Source: a virus (lineage: Duplodnaviria > Caudoviricetes). Taken from it: a stretch of 31,996 bases of DNA. Shown one piece after another: positions 1 to 9,101 of this stretch. Both the position numbers and the translations under genes were made by a program. The notes beneath the pieces were generated by a model that ran no database searches, was not told where the DNA came from, and was given only the letters and a program-made list of their open reading frames with translations. The stretch lies in the IMG/VR virus record IMGVR_UViG_3300020044_004718, positions 1 through 31,996 of that record; one strand, written 5' to 3'. The stretch's first letter is position 1. Every line of letters begins with the position of its first letter.

Positions 1-121
1 TTGAATAGAATTAAATCAGTAGATTTATTAATAAAAGAAAATCAAACTTATTTATCTAAAATAAGTCAAATGTATTCTATGTTTTAATAAATAAATATAT
101 AATTTTTAAAAATACAACAAC
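1..121. repeat. Terminal direct repeat copy 1 (circular assembly overlap)
   Basis: Bases 1-121 are identical to 31876-31996; ORF 31600..31962 runs through the repeat. Confidence 0.95.
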
Positions 122-148
122 TATTAAAAATAATTGTTTTTAAATAAA
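117..148 (+). promoter_or_regulatory. Candidate late promoter ACAA-N14-TGTTTTTAAATAAA, copy 1
   Basis: Same motif and spacing at 2325, 23652 and 30793, each just upstream of a structural gene ATG. Confidence 0.7.
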
Positions 149-158
149 TTTAATAAAT

Positions 159-716
159 ATGTCAAACGTAATTACAGAAATCAAAAAATTGCTGGGTATG
201 GAAATCAAACTTGAGCAAATGACATTAGATAATGGTACTGTAATCGAAGCAGAAATCTTCGACGCAGGTCAACCAGTATTTATTGTCAACGGTGAAGATA
301 GAGTAGCATTGCCTATTGGCGAGTACACTCTTGATAACGGAATGATTTTAGTTGTTGAAGTTGAGGGCGAAATCAAAGAAATTCGAGAAGTAGCAGAAGA
401 AGCACCTACAGAGGAAGCTCCTGCAGTCGAGGAAGAAGTTGAAGCAGCACAAACTACAGCACCTAAAAAAGTAATCGAAAGCACAGTTAAAGAGTCGCAC
501 TTTTCACAAGAAGAAGTAGATGCTTTAAAAACTGAAATCGAAACACTAAAAACAGAATTAGCATCTATTAAAAATGTAGAGGTTGAAGAAGTAGAATTAA
601 CTGCTCAACCTTTAACACACAATCCAGATGCTAAAACAGAAGTAAAACTAAACTTGTATTCTCAAAGTAGAGAAATGTCAACTTTAGACCGAGTAATGAA
701 TAAAATAGCTAACTAA
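159..716 (+). CDS. Putative capsid scaffolding protein
   Basis: Very acidic, coiled-coil C-terminal half, directly upstream of the major capsid gene. Confidence 0.6.
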   Translation: MSNVITEIKKLLGMEIKLEQMTLDNGTVIEAEIFDAGQPVFIVNGEDRVALPIGEYTLDNGMILVVEVEGEIKEIREVAEEAPTEEAPAVEEEVEAAQTTAPKKVIESTVKESHFSQEEVDALKTEIETLKTELASIKNVEVEEVELTAQPLTHNPDAKTEVKLNLYSQSREMSTLDRVMNKIAN

Positions 717-730
717 TAAATTAAAAAAAA

Positions 731-1663
731 ATGCCAACAACAACAAGTATTACAACAACCTATGCAGGTGAGTTTTCAAAGAAATACATATCTGCTGCGT
801 TACTTTCTGCTTCAACTATCGAGAACGGTGGTATTGAAGTAAGACCAAATGTAAAATTCAAAGAAGTAATCCAAAGAATTGCTACTGATGGATTGTTGAA
901 AAACGCAACTTGCGATTTTGATGCAACTTCAACAGTTACTTTAACTGAAAGAGTTTTACAACCTGAGGAATTTCAAGTTAACTTACAACTTTGTAAAAAA
1001 GACTTTATGTCGACTTGGCAAAGTTTAGAAATGGGAGATTCTGCATTTAAAAACTTACCAACTTCTTTTGCAGATTACTTAATTGCACACGTTGCTGCTA
1101 AAGTTGCTGAAGCAACGGAAGTAAACATTTGGCGTGGTGCTACTGCTACTGCAGGACAATTTGATGGATTCGTTCCTTTGGCTACTGCTGATGCTTCTGT
1201 TATCGATGTAGTAGGTACTACTGTAACTGCTGCTAACGTAATAGCTGAAATGGGTAAAGTAGTTGATGCTATTCCTGCTACACTTTACGGAAAAGAAGAT
1301 TTATACATTTATGTTTCTCAAAACGTAGCTAGAGCTTATGTTAGAGCTTTAGGTGGATTCGGAGCTTCAGGATTAGGAGCAAACGGAACTAACGCACAAG
1401 GTACACAATGGTTCAACAACGGTTCTTTATCTTTTGATGGAGTTAAAATCTTTGTTGCAAACGGATTAGCTAACAACTTTATGATGGCTGCTCAAAAATC
1501 AAACTTATATTTCGCAACAGGTTTATTAAACGATATGAACGAAGTTAAAGTAATTGATATGGGAGATATTGATGGTTCACAAAATGTAAGAGTTGTAATG
1601 AGAATGACAGGTTCAGTAAACTACGGTATCGGTTCTGAAATTGTTCTTTACACTCCAGCGTAA
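731..1663 (+). CDS. Major capsid protein
   Basis: 310 aa, Ala/Gly/Thr-rich, biased codon use, follows protease and scaffold genes, followed by a strong terminator. Confidence 0.75.
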   Translation: MPTTTSITTTYAGEFSKKYISAALLSASTIENGGIEVRPNVKFKEVIQRIATDGLLKNATCDFDATSTVTLTERVLQPEEFQVNLQLCKKDFMSTWQSLEMGDSAFKNLPTSFADYLIAHVAAKVAEATEVNIWRGATATAGQFDGFVPLATADASVIDVVGTTVTAANVIAEMGKVVDAIPATLYGKEDLYIYVSQNVARAYVRALGGFGASGLGANGTNAQGTQWFNNGSLSFDGVKIFVANGLANNFMMAAQKSNLYFATGLLNDMNEVKVIDMGDIDGSQNVRVVMRMTGSVNYGIGSEIVLYTPA

Positions 1664-1685
1664 TTAATTAATATATAAACTGATT

Positions 1686-1715
1686 AAGGTGGTGCAATAA
1701 ACACCACCTTTTTTT
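1686..1715 (+). terminator. Intrinsic terminator
   Basis: AAGGTGGTG-caataaa-CACCACCTT followed by a T tract. Confidence 0.85.
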
Positions 1716-1739
1716 ATTAACATTTAAAAAATATATAAT

Positions 1740-2264
1740 ATGTGTGATTTAACATTAGGGCGCAAAGAAGTTTGTAAGGACTCCGTAGGGGGTTTAAAAA
1801 ACGTTTACTTCGTTAATTATGGCGATGCAACAGGATATACTTACGACGCAACAAATACAGATGTAATTGATGCAGTAGCAGGTACACCTCAAGCATTCAA
1901 ATACGAATTAAAAGGTGCTTCAACTTTTACGCAAAATATAACTGCTTCAAGGGAAAATGGAACTACTTTTTTCGAGCAAGTTTTAGAGTTAACATTTAAA
2001 AAATTAACTCCAAAAGATAATAAAGAATTGAAATTATTAGCTTATGGTAGACCGCAAGTTATTGTTGAAGATAACAACGGAAATTTCTTCTATGCTGGGT
2101 TACAGAATGGAATGGATGTTACAGGTGGTACTATCGTAACAGGTGGCGCAATGGGTGATTTATCAGGATATACTTTGTCTTTAACTGGTCAGGAAAAAGT
2201 ACCTGCGAACTTTATCGGAGATACTTTAACTGCCGCAGGATTTACAGTAGTAGTAGGTTCATAA
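1740..2264 (+). CDS. Putative major tail tube protein
   Basis: 174 aa, beta-rich Gly/Thr composition (SRENGTTFFEQ, GYTLSLTGQE), flanked by terminators. Confidence 0.6.
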   Translation: MCDLTLGRKEVCKDSVGGLKNVYFVNYGDATGYTYDATNTDVIDAVAGTPQAFKYELKGASTFTQNITASRENGTTFFEQVLELTFKKLTPKDNKELKLLAYGRPQVIVEDNNGNFFYAGLQNGMDVTGGTIVTGGAMGDLSGYTLSLTGQEKVPANFIGDTLTAAGFTVVVGS

Positions 2265-2286
2265 ATTAGATTAATAATTAGTCTGG

Positions 2287-2318
2287 AAAAGCGTATCTTA
2301 ATTGATACGCTTTTTTTT
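2287..2318 (+). terminator. Intrinsic terminator
   Basis: AAAAGCGTATC-ttaatt-GATACGCTTTT plus T tract. Confidence 0.85.
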
Positions 2319-2324
2319 GCTTTA

Positions 2325-2356
2325 ACAAAAAACGCATTTCTTTGTTTTTAAATAAA
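2325..2356 (+). promoter_or_regulatory. Candidate late promoter, copy 2
   Basis: ACAA-N14-TGTTTTTAAATAAA ending 5 nt before the ATG at 2362. Confidence 0.7.
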
Positions 2357-2361
2357 AGAAT

Positions 2362-2691
2362 ATGATAATCTTACGAGAACAAGAAACTGCACAGCAATTA
2401 AGTGCTATCATATATGGTAGTAATGCGGATGCTATTGTATTGAGGGATGAAGAAACGAACATAGAAACTGAAATAAATTGTACTTTTTCAATCGATAAAT
2501 ATTATGTTACAACAGCATTAATATTACCAATTAAAGAAAATAAATATTACACGCTTACAATTAAAGACGGAACTAATATAGTTTATAGAGATAAAATTTT
2601 CTGTACAAACCAAGTTATTGCAGATTATACAATAAATAAAGACCAATACGTACAGCATACAACAACTAACGAATACAAAATATTTGAATAA
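2362..2691 (+). CDS. Hypothetical virion protein (possible head closure)
   Basis: 109 aa ORF overlapping the start of the portal gene. Confidence 0.5.
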   Translation: MIILREQETAQQLSAIIYGSNADAIVLRDEETNIETEINCTFSIDKYYVTTALILPIKENKYYTLTIKDGTNIVYRDKIFCTNQVIADYTINKDQYVQHTTTNEYKIFE

Positions 2692-4441
2692 TATGTTTCA
2701 TATAATAAATTTAAGTGCATACACGACACCACAAATTAACGAAAGTAAAAAGGGCGATTTTGTAGAGTACGGAGCAGATAACAATTACTTTCAATTTCTT
2801 ATAGATAGATACCTTTATAGCACTACAAATAACGCTATTATAACAGGTGCAAGTAATATGATTTATGGAAAAGGTATATCTGCATTAGATAGTAATAGAA
2901 AGCCTGACGAATACGCTAAAATGGTTTCTATAATTAAACCTAATTGTTTAAGAAAAGTAGCATTAGAGCGTAAACTTTTAGGAATGGCTGCAATGCAAAT
3001 TGGATATGATAAAGGCGAAGTAAAATTTGTTGAACATTTCCCTATGCATACTTTACGTGCTGAAAAATGCAATGACAAAGGAGAAATTGAGGCTTGGTAT
3101 TACCACCCAGATTGGACTAAAAGAAAACCAAGCGATGAATTAAAAAAAATACCTGCTTTTGGTTTTGGTAATAAAAAAGATGTGGAAATTTACGTTATTA
3201 AACCTTATGTAAGTGGATATCATTATTATTCGCCAATAGATTATAGTGGTGCTTTACCTTATGCTGTAATGGAAGAAAAAATAGCTGATTATTTAATTAA
3301 TGATATTGATAACGGATTTAGCGGTACAAAAATTATTAATTTTAATAATGGTATCCCACCTGAAGAAAAAAGAGAAGAAATTGCAAACGAGGTTAAAAGA
3401 AAAACGACAGGAGCTAAAGGACAAAAAACAATAGTATCATTTAGCAATAGCAAAGAAACTTCAACAGAGGTTATAGATATACCTTTAAACGATGCACCTG
3501 CACATTACGAATATTTAAGCAAAGAATGTTTTGAAAAATTAATAGAGGGGCATAGAGTAACAAGTCCGATGCTTTTAGGAATTAGAGATACAGGTGGTGG
3601 TTTTAGCAATAATGCTGATGAAATTAAAACGTCTACTTTGTTATATGACAACTTGGTAATCAAACCTTATCAATTAGAAATTATAGAAGCGTTAGATGAA
3701 ATTTTAGCAGTTAATAATATCAAATTAAAGTTATATTTTAAAACTATTCAACCATTAGAATTTACGGATTTAGAAAACGCACAAACATCAGACCAAGTAG
3801 CAGAAGAAACAGGCACTCAATTATCTGCGCATACAGACCCAAATTTAGCAAACGCATTAATTGACAAAGGCGAAGTTTTAGGTGCTGAATGGATTTTAAT
3901 TGATGAAAGCGAAGTAGATTTAGAATTAGAGGATGAATTAGATGCAGAAATTGAAACTTTAAATAACAAAAAACCAAGTTTATTGCAAAAATTAGCTTCT
4001 GCAATTACAGGAAGACCAAATGCAAATAGCGGACAAGACAAAAACATAGATGGAGTACGCTTTATTACACGTTATAAATATAGCGGAGATTTAACAGGAG
4101 AAAGAGAATTTTGTAAAAAAATGTTAGCTTCTGATAAATTGTACCGAAAAGAAGATATTGAAACCACAAATAGCAACGTAGTAAATCCAGGACAAGGACA
4201 CGATGGGGCTTCTTACAATTTATTCTTATATAAAGGTGGAGTAAATTGTAAACATAAATGGTTAAGACAAACTTACGTTTCTTTTGATAATATTAAAATA
4301 GATGTAACCAATCCAAACGCTACGCAAATAAGCACTAATAAAGCTGAAAAATACGGATACAGAGTAAGAAACCCTAAAGAGGTGGCAATGAAACCTTTTG
4401 ATATGCCAAATAACGGACATCATCCAAACTATAAAAATTAA
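2684..4441 (+). CDS. Portal protein with a C-terminal minor-head (MuF-like) extension; start may be the ATG at 2693
   Basis: About 360 aa portal-like region (HRVTSPMLLGI, NNADEIK, VIKPYQ), acidic linker, then a Cys/His domain (REFCKKM, GGVNCKHKW). Confidence 0.65.
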   Translation: MNNMFHIINLSAYTTPQINESKKGDFVEYGADNNYFQFLIDRYLYSTTNNAIITGASNMIYGKGISALDSNRKPDEYAKMVSIIKPNCLRKVALERKLLGMAAMQIGYDKGEVKFVEHFPMHTLRAEKCNDKGEIEAWYYHPDWTKRKPSDELKKIPAFGFGNKKDVEIYVIKPYVSGYHYYSPIDYSGALPYAVMEEKIADYLINDIDNGFSGTKIINFNNGIPPEEKREEIANEVKRKTTGAKGQKTIVSFSNSKETSTEVIDIPLNDAPAHYEYLSKECFEKLIEGHRVTSPMLLGIRDTGGGFSNNADEIKTSTLLYDNLVIKPYQLEIIEALDEILAVNNIKLKLYFKTIQPLEFTDLENAQTSDQVAEETGTQLSAHTDPNLANALIDKGEVLGAEWILIDESEVDLELEDELDAEIETLNNKKPSLLQKLASAITGRPNANSGQDKNIDGVRFITRYKYSGDLTGEREFCKKMLASDKLYRKEDIETTNSNVVNPGQGHDGASYNLFLYKGGVNCKHKWLRQTYVSFDNIKIDVTNPNATQISTNKAEKYGYRVRNPKEVAMKPFDMPNNGHHPNYKN

Positions 4442-4443
4442 TT

Positions 4444-4956
4444 ATGGCTTACGCATTACTAATTTCAACCGAAGATGTAAAGAAATTTACAATTACAAAT
4501 GGTAATTTAGACGCTGACGATTTTATCGAGTATATTAAAATTAGTCAAGATATTACTATTCAAAATTATTTGGGAACTAAATTATACGAAAAGCTACAAA
4601 CATTGATTTTAAACAACGATATTAACGATGCTGAGTTTGTAGATTATAAAAATCTTTTAGTTACTTATATTAAGCCTATGCTTATACATTGGGCTATGGT
4701 TTATTATTTACCATTTGCAGCTTATACTTTAAGTAATAAAGGTTTATTTAAACATAATTCTGAAAACGCTACAAATGTAGAAAAATCAGAGGTTGATTTT
4801 TTAGTAGAAAAAGAAAGGGATATAGCTGAAAGTTATACGCAAAGATTTATAGATTTTATGTGTTTTAATCAAACTACATACCCTGAATATTATTTAAATT
4901 CAAACGGAGATGTAAATCCTGATACACAAAATTATTATGGAGGTTGGCAAATATAA
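4444..4956 (+). CDS. Putative head-tail adaptor
   Basis: 170 aa helical protein right after the portal (IQNYLGTKLYEKL). Confidence 0.55.
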   Translation: MAYALLISTEDVKKFTITNGNLDADDFIEYIKISQDITIQNYLGTKLYEKLQTLILNNDINDAEFVDYKNLLVTYIKPMLIHWAMVYYLPFAAYTLSNKGLFKHNSENATNVEKSEVDFLVEKERDIAESYTQRFIDFMCFNQTTYPEYYLNSNGDVNPDTQNYYGGWQI

Positions 4957-5062
4957 CAAACCGAAAATCGAAAACTTTAAAAAGCTAAGTTTATATTTAG
5001 CGAAAGTTGCACAAATAAAAAAAATAGAAAATGAGTCTAAATTTCAGTCACATAAAAGGTGA
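4937..5062 (+). CDS. Small basic hypothetical protein (41 aa, MEVGKYNKPK...)
   Basis: Read by hand; bridges the gap between 4956 and 5031, overlapping both neighbours. Confidence 0.4.
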   Translation: MEVGKYNKPKIENFKKLSLYLAKVAQIKKIENESKFQSHKR

Positions 5063-5363
5063 TACATTCGAGGCGGTAAACTTTGAAATAAAAGTAGATG
5101 ATGTAGTAGTGGATTTATCTGATACTATTATTAGAATGCAATTAAGAAAAGTATATGGAGGTGTTATAGCTTTAGATTTAACTTCTGTAGCTAACGCAGG
5201 AATTACTATTACGGATGCTGTAGATGGTTTGTTTAAAATTAATGAGCAAATTATAAACATAGAAGCGGATAATTATATTTACGATATTCAATTTAATTTT
5301 GATGGTGTTGTAAAAACTTATATTTCAGGAAATTTTTTAATTAAAAATGATGTAACGAGATAA
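5031..5363 (+). CDS. Baseplate/tail fibre adaptor-like protein (BppU N-terminal-like)
   Basis: GDTF...VDLS...YIYDIQ...G.F pattern, upstream of the tail fibre gene. Confidence 0.5.
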   Translation: MSLNFSHIKGDTFEAVNFEIKVDDVVVDLSDTIIRMQLRKVYGGVIALDLTSVANAGITITDAVDGLFKINEQIINIEADNYIYDIQFNFDGVVKTYISGNFLIKNDVTR

Positions 5364-6391
5364 TGAGTGATAACGTAAATATAAATATTCAAGAAACTAA
5401 TGAGATAATTAATATTGTATCTTCTGAAATACAAGAAGTAATAGATATTGATGTATTTGAAACTACAGAAGATGTTACTTTAAATATTACTGAAGAAATA
5501 ATACAAGTAAATATAAACAAAGTTACTCCTGCCGAACAAATACAGAGCGATTGGAATCAAACAGATGCAGAAGCTTTGGATTTTATTAAGAATAAACCAA
5601 GTATACCAGCCGAACAAATACAGAGCGATTGGAATCAAACAGATGCAGAAGCTTTGGATTTTATTAAGAATAAACCAAGTATACCAGATGGAATTGAAAT
5701 AAATAAGGGTGTTTTAAATCCAACAACCACAGAGATAACAGCTCCAACAAATACAGAAACGCACTTTTATAGAATTATAGCAAACGGAACGGTTAACGGA
5801 ACATTGGCTGTAAAAGTTGGCGATATTGTTGGGATTAATTCAACTACTTTATGGTTAGAAAGCAATAACAATCAAGTAAGTATCATAGACAAAGGATATA
5901 TTACTATTGTTTCACCTGTACAATTAGCTAATTCTGTAAATGCTCAGCCTATTTTCAATAAAGTTTTTAAAGCAAAGCCAAATACTAGATACGAATACAA
6001 GTTAATAATATTTTGTACCGATTTATCTGGTAGTCAAAATATGTTATTAGGGTTTAATAATTCTCAAAATTCTGCAAATCCATTGAACGGAATTATTGCT
6101 AATATGTTTCAAGGCAACGCAACTAGAGGTTCAGTAGCAGTTGGTTTTTCTTCTTTTTCAACAACCACAACTGAAATTGTCGTTACTGGAGTATCGAGCG
6201 ATACAAGATTTAATTGTGGATTAATAGGGACTTTAACAACAGGAAACGCACCGAGTGGATTAAGTTTTTGTGATGTAATCCCAATTATTAAAACTCCCGT
6301 TGGTCAAGCCAATGCGTTTATATCACGTGCTTATTTTACTATTGAAGAAGTGGGAAATAATATAGATATGTTTAACGGTAACTTTCAATAA
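5363..6391 (+). CDS. Tail fibre / receptor-binding protein
   Basis: Two QSDWNQTD..DFIKNKP motifs and a beta-rich C-terminus. Confidence 0.6.
   Translation: MSDNVNINIQETNEIINIVSSEIQEVIDIDVFETTEDVTLNITEEIIQVNINKVTPAEQIQSDWNQTDAEALDFIKNKPSIPAEQIQSDWNQTDAEALDFIKNKPSIPDGIEINKGVLNPTTTEITAPTNTETHFYRIIANGTVNGTLAVKVGDIVGINSTTLWLESNNNQVSIIDKGYITIVSPVQLANSVNAQPIFNKVFKAKPNTRYEYKLIIFCTDLSGSQNMLLGFNNSQNSANPLNGIIANMFQGNATRGSVAVGFSSFSTTTTEIVVTGVSSDTRFNCGLIGTLTTGNAPSGLSFCDVIPIIKTPVGQANAFISRAYFTIEEVGNNIDMFNGNFQ
5531..5686 (+). repeat. Perfect 2 x 78 bp in-frame tandem duplication
   Basis: 5531-5608 equals 5609-5686. Confidence 0.95.
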
Positions 6392-6398
6392 TTAGATT

Positions 6399-7076
6399 AT
6401 GTACACATTTAACACATATAATAACAAACTTTTCAAAACAATAGGCGATACAAAGGTAGAAGTTTTACAAGATGAAAATAATGCCGAATATCAAGATTAT
6501 TTGGTATGGCAATCCGAAAATGGCAATCCTCCCACTTTTGAAGAAATTGATTTGATTACTTGGCAAAAGGAAAAGTTGAAAGAAGTTTATAGTATTTACG
6601 ATTCTATATATTATTCGGCTTTGGCACTTTCTATAGAAAAGGTTGAACAAGGATTGACTAAGCAAAATTTGGAATTGCTACGTGAGGAATATTTAGATAA
6701 GTATTTAACATCTGTTCAGCATCTTTCTGAAAGTGTTGTGAGTAATTTGAAAATGCTATCAGAATTGGAAAAAGAATGCGAACGAGATTTTGCTGGCGAT
6801 TTGCTAAATGATGAGTGCGATAAATTTGGTTTAGATAAAACAGGAACAAGACTAACAAAGTTTTGCCGAATAGTAATTTTTAAATACAATTATTCACAAG
6901 AAATATGGGAATATTTGAAAGCATTATCTTCAAAAGTTCGTACAACTTTGATAACTGATTTAGAAAAAGGTCAAATTGAAAAATACAATTCAAGATTAGC
7001 AGTTGTTATTTCAATTACAAATGAAACAAATTTAATTCAAATTCAAGCGTTAGAAGCAATTTTTGAAGCAATATAA
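6399..7076 (+). CDS. Hypothetical protein, possible tail fibre chaperone
   Basis: N-terminal DENNAEYQDYLVW..GN motif, position directly after the fibre gene. Confidence 0.45.
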   Translation: MYTFNTYNNKLFKTIGDTKVEVLQDENNAEYQDYLVWQSENGNPPTFEEIDLITWQKEKLKEVYSIYDSIYYSALALSIEKVEQGLTKQNLELLREEYLDKYLTSVQHLSESVVSNLKMLSELEKECERDFAGDLLNDECDKFGLDKTGTRLTKFCRIVIFKYNYSQEIWEYLKALSSKVRTTLITDLEKGQIEKYNSRLAVVISITNETNLIQIQALEAIFEAI

Positions 7077-7080
7077 AAAT

Positions 7081-7200
7081 ATGACACCACAAATATACAA
7101 TATTAAAAAGCAATACGCAGGCGATACGTTCAAAGGTATTCAGTTAAAAGCTAGCAGAGTATCGGGAGAAACAAACGAGCGAACAAATTGCATCGTTTAA
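7081..7200 (+). pseudogene. Probable truncated paralog of the 5031 adaptor gene (39 aa)
   Basis: MTPQIYNIKKQYAGDTFKGIQL resembles MSLNFSHIKGDTFEAVNF, then stops early. Confidence 0.4.
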
Positions 7201-7263
7201 TACATTGTAAATATGAAAATAAAAATAATATCAATTTTAAAATTAACTAAAATAAAAATAAAA

Positions 7264-7377
7264 ATGAAAGAATTAATGATTAAGTACGCACCGATTTTAA
7301 TTGCTTTAACAGCTTTAGCTGATACACAAGTTGCAATTGAACAAGCTGGTTATGAAGTTGTAAACCTGTTAAAATAA
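7264..7377 (+). CDS. 37-aa ORF, possibly a chimeric remnant
   Basis: MKELMIKYAPILIALTALADTQ-VAIEQAGYEVVNLLK, read by hand. Confidence 0.3.
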   Translation: MKELMIKYAPILIALTALADTQVAIEQAGYEVVNLLK

Positions 7378-7383
7378 AAAATA

Positions 7384-7584
7384 ATGAGTAGAAGAGAAAA
7401 AATAGATTTGTTATTAAGCAAATGGGTAAGTAGAAAGCTAACGGTTTTTATTATAGCTTCAATAGGTTTATTTGTTAAAACTTTAACTTCTACTGATTGG
7501 GTAATTATAGCAACTTCATACATCGCTATTGAAGGAGTTACTAATATTGTTGAACGCTTAATGAAATCTAAAAATGTCAATTAA
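7384..7584 (+). CDS. Putative holin (two TM segments)
   Basis: SRKL followed by two hydrophobic stretches and a basic tail; upstream of the endolysin. Confidence 0.6.
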   Translation: MSRREKIDLLLSKWVSRKLTVFIIASIGLFVKTLTSTDWVIIATSYIAIEGVTNIVERLMKSKNVN

Positions 7585-7741
7585 CGATTTGAAATTATAC
7601 GGACTAAATTCTGCTACTATGCTAATTAGCTTTTCTAATGTAGAGGCTACTTTAAAAATATTATTATTATTAATTTCAATAGTATATACTATTATGAAAA
7701 TAGTTGAACTAATTAAAAAGAAAAGTGATGAGAGAGATTAA
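7574..7741 (+). CDS. Second small membrane protein, holin or antiholin (55 aa)
   Basis: MSINDLKLYGLN...TLKILLLLISIVYTIMKIVELIKKK, read by hand; overlaps both neighbours. Confidence 0.6.
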   Translation: MSINDLKLYGLNSATMLISFSNVEATLKILLLLISIVYTIMKIVELIKKKSDERD

Positions 7742-8138
7742 ATACATCGTTATTCATTGTACTGCTACTCAACCAAACGCTACAAGACAATCAATTTTAA
7801 ACTATTGGAAAAATGTTTTAAAATGGAAAACAGTAGGTTATCATAGATTAATTGATGCTAATGGTGTTATTTACGAATTAGCAAAATATGAAAACCCTAC
7901 TAATGGAGTTAAAGGTTTTAATTCGGTTTCAATACATTTTAGTTATATTGGAGGAATAGATGCAAAAGGAAATCCAAAAGATACTAGAACAGCAAAACAA
8001 AAAGAAAGTTTATTATATTTAGTTAAACAAGCTAAAAAACAATTTCCTAATGCTATCATACAAGGTCATAAAGATTTTGGTGCAAATAAAGCTTGTCCGA
8101 GTTTTGAAGCCAAACAGGAATATAAAGATATTAAATAA
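7725..8138 (+). CDS. Endolysin, N-acetylmuramoyl-L-alanine amidase (T7 lysozyme / Amidase_2 type)
   Basis: IVIHCTAT, GYH, GHKDF, KACPSF zinc-amidase motifs. Confidence 0.92.
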   Translation: MMREIKYIVIHCTATQPNATRQSILNYWKNVLKWKTVGYHRLIDANGVIYELAKYENPTNGVKGFNSVSIHFSYIGGIDAKGNPKDTRTAKQKESLLYLVKQAKKQFPNAIIQGHKDFGANKACPSFEAKQEYKDIK

Positions 8139-8189
8139 AAAAAAGCGGTTTTTTTTATTCGTATATGTTAATCGTTAACTTTTATTTGT

Positions 8190-8197
8190 TATATTTG
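8190..8197 (+). promoter_or_regulatory. Bacteroidota -7 promoter element TATATTTG
   Basis: Matches TAnnTTTG, intergenic, upstream of the 8224 ORF. Confidence 0.55.
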
Positions 8198-8223
8198 TCA
8201 AATAATTTAAAAACAAATAAGAT

Positions 8224-8376
8224 ATGCCAAGACCAAAGAATGATGCAGTAAAATTAAAAATATGCATTTTACACAAACAACAATCGTCAATAAACTTCTC
8301 TATTAGATTGGAAAAGAATATCACCAAAGAAGAAGCAATAAAGAAAACAATTGAATTTTTAAAACAAAATTTATGA
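8224..8376 (+). CDS. Small basic hypothetical protein (50 aa, MPRPKND...)
   Basis: Read by hand; ATGA overlap with the next gene. Confidence 0.55.
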   Translation: MPRPKNDAVKLKICILHKQQSSINFSIRLEKNITKEEAIKKTIEFLKQNL

Positions 8377-8993
8377 GAAAAGAAACTAGAGATTATTACG
8401 AAGAAGTAAAAGGTAATTTTACTTTAAAGACTTTGTTTATAGGTATAGCAATATGGTTAATATTAGCATTGTTACTGCTAGGAAAGTTTAGTTGCGAACC
8501 AGCAACGCCAGCAACAACAGAAAAGCATAAACAAAGAATTGATACTTCTTATTTAAAATTAGCTGAATTAGAAAAGATGAAAATTCAAAAGGATGCCGAA
8601 ATTTTAGAACTCCAAAACCAATTACATAAAGTATCAGTAAACTTTCAGAATTATAAAAAAACGCCAATTTATAAAGATAGAATAAGAACTATAATTGAAA
8701 CTATACCAATTGATACATTAGCAAGCAATACAATAGAGCTAGAAGTGTGCAAAATTGAAAACTCAACTAAAGATACTATTATAAATAAATATGCTCTTAA
8801 ATCGAATATTTTAGAATTGCAAGGAATTGAATACAAATCTATAATTGAAGAACAGAATGAAGTGATTGAAATTCATTTAAAGGAAATTATGCAGGAACAG
8901 AAGTTGACAAAAAAAGAAAAATTAAAAAAGAACGTTTGGAAATTAGCAACAGGGGTTGTAACTGGATTGTTTATTTTTGATAAAATTAAGTAA
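8373..8993 (+). CDS. Membrane-anchored coiled-coil protein, spanin candidate
   Basis: N-terminal hydrophobic helix followed by FSC, coiled coil, C-terminal hydrophobic segment; adjacent to lysis genes. Confidence 0.5.
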   Translation: MRKETRDYYEEVKGNFTLKTLFIGIAIWLILALLLLGKFSCEPATPATTEKHKQRIDTSYLKLAELEKMKIQKDAEILELQNQLHKVSVNFQNYKKTPIYKDRIRTIIETIPIDTLASNTIELEVCKIENSTKDTIINKYALKSNILELQGIEYKSIIEEQNEVIEIHLKEIMQEQKLTKKEKLKKNVWKLATGVVTGLFIFDKIK

Positions 8994-9000
8994 TATAACT

Positions 9001-9023
9001 AAACATCAAATTGATGTTTTTTT
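9001..9023 (+). terminator. Intrinsic terminator ending the late region
   Basis: AAACATCAA-a-TTGATGTTT plus T tract. Confidence 0.65.
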
Positions 9024-9072
9024 ATTTATTATAAAAAAACATTTAAAATGTTTTTTAATTAAAAAAAAGTAT

Positions 9073-9080
9073 TATATTTG
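9073..9080 (+). promoter_or_regulatory. Bacteroidota -7 promoter element TATATTTG
   Basis: TAnnTTTG about 20 nt upstream of the ATG at 9102. Confidence 0.65.
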
Positions 9081-9101
9081 CCTAACAAAAAAATATAACA
9101 A

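Noticed and set aside
1-121. Biological terminal repeat of the virion DNA
   Set aside because: It cuts through a coding sequence and its length fits an assembler k-mer overlap; the terminase type suggests headful packaging.
5363-7076. Diversity-generating retroelement acting on the tail fibre
   Set aside because: No reverse transcriptase, and the only repeat is a perfect tandem copy without adenine-specific differences.
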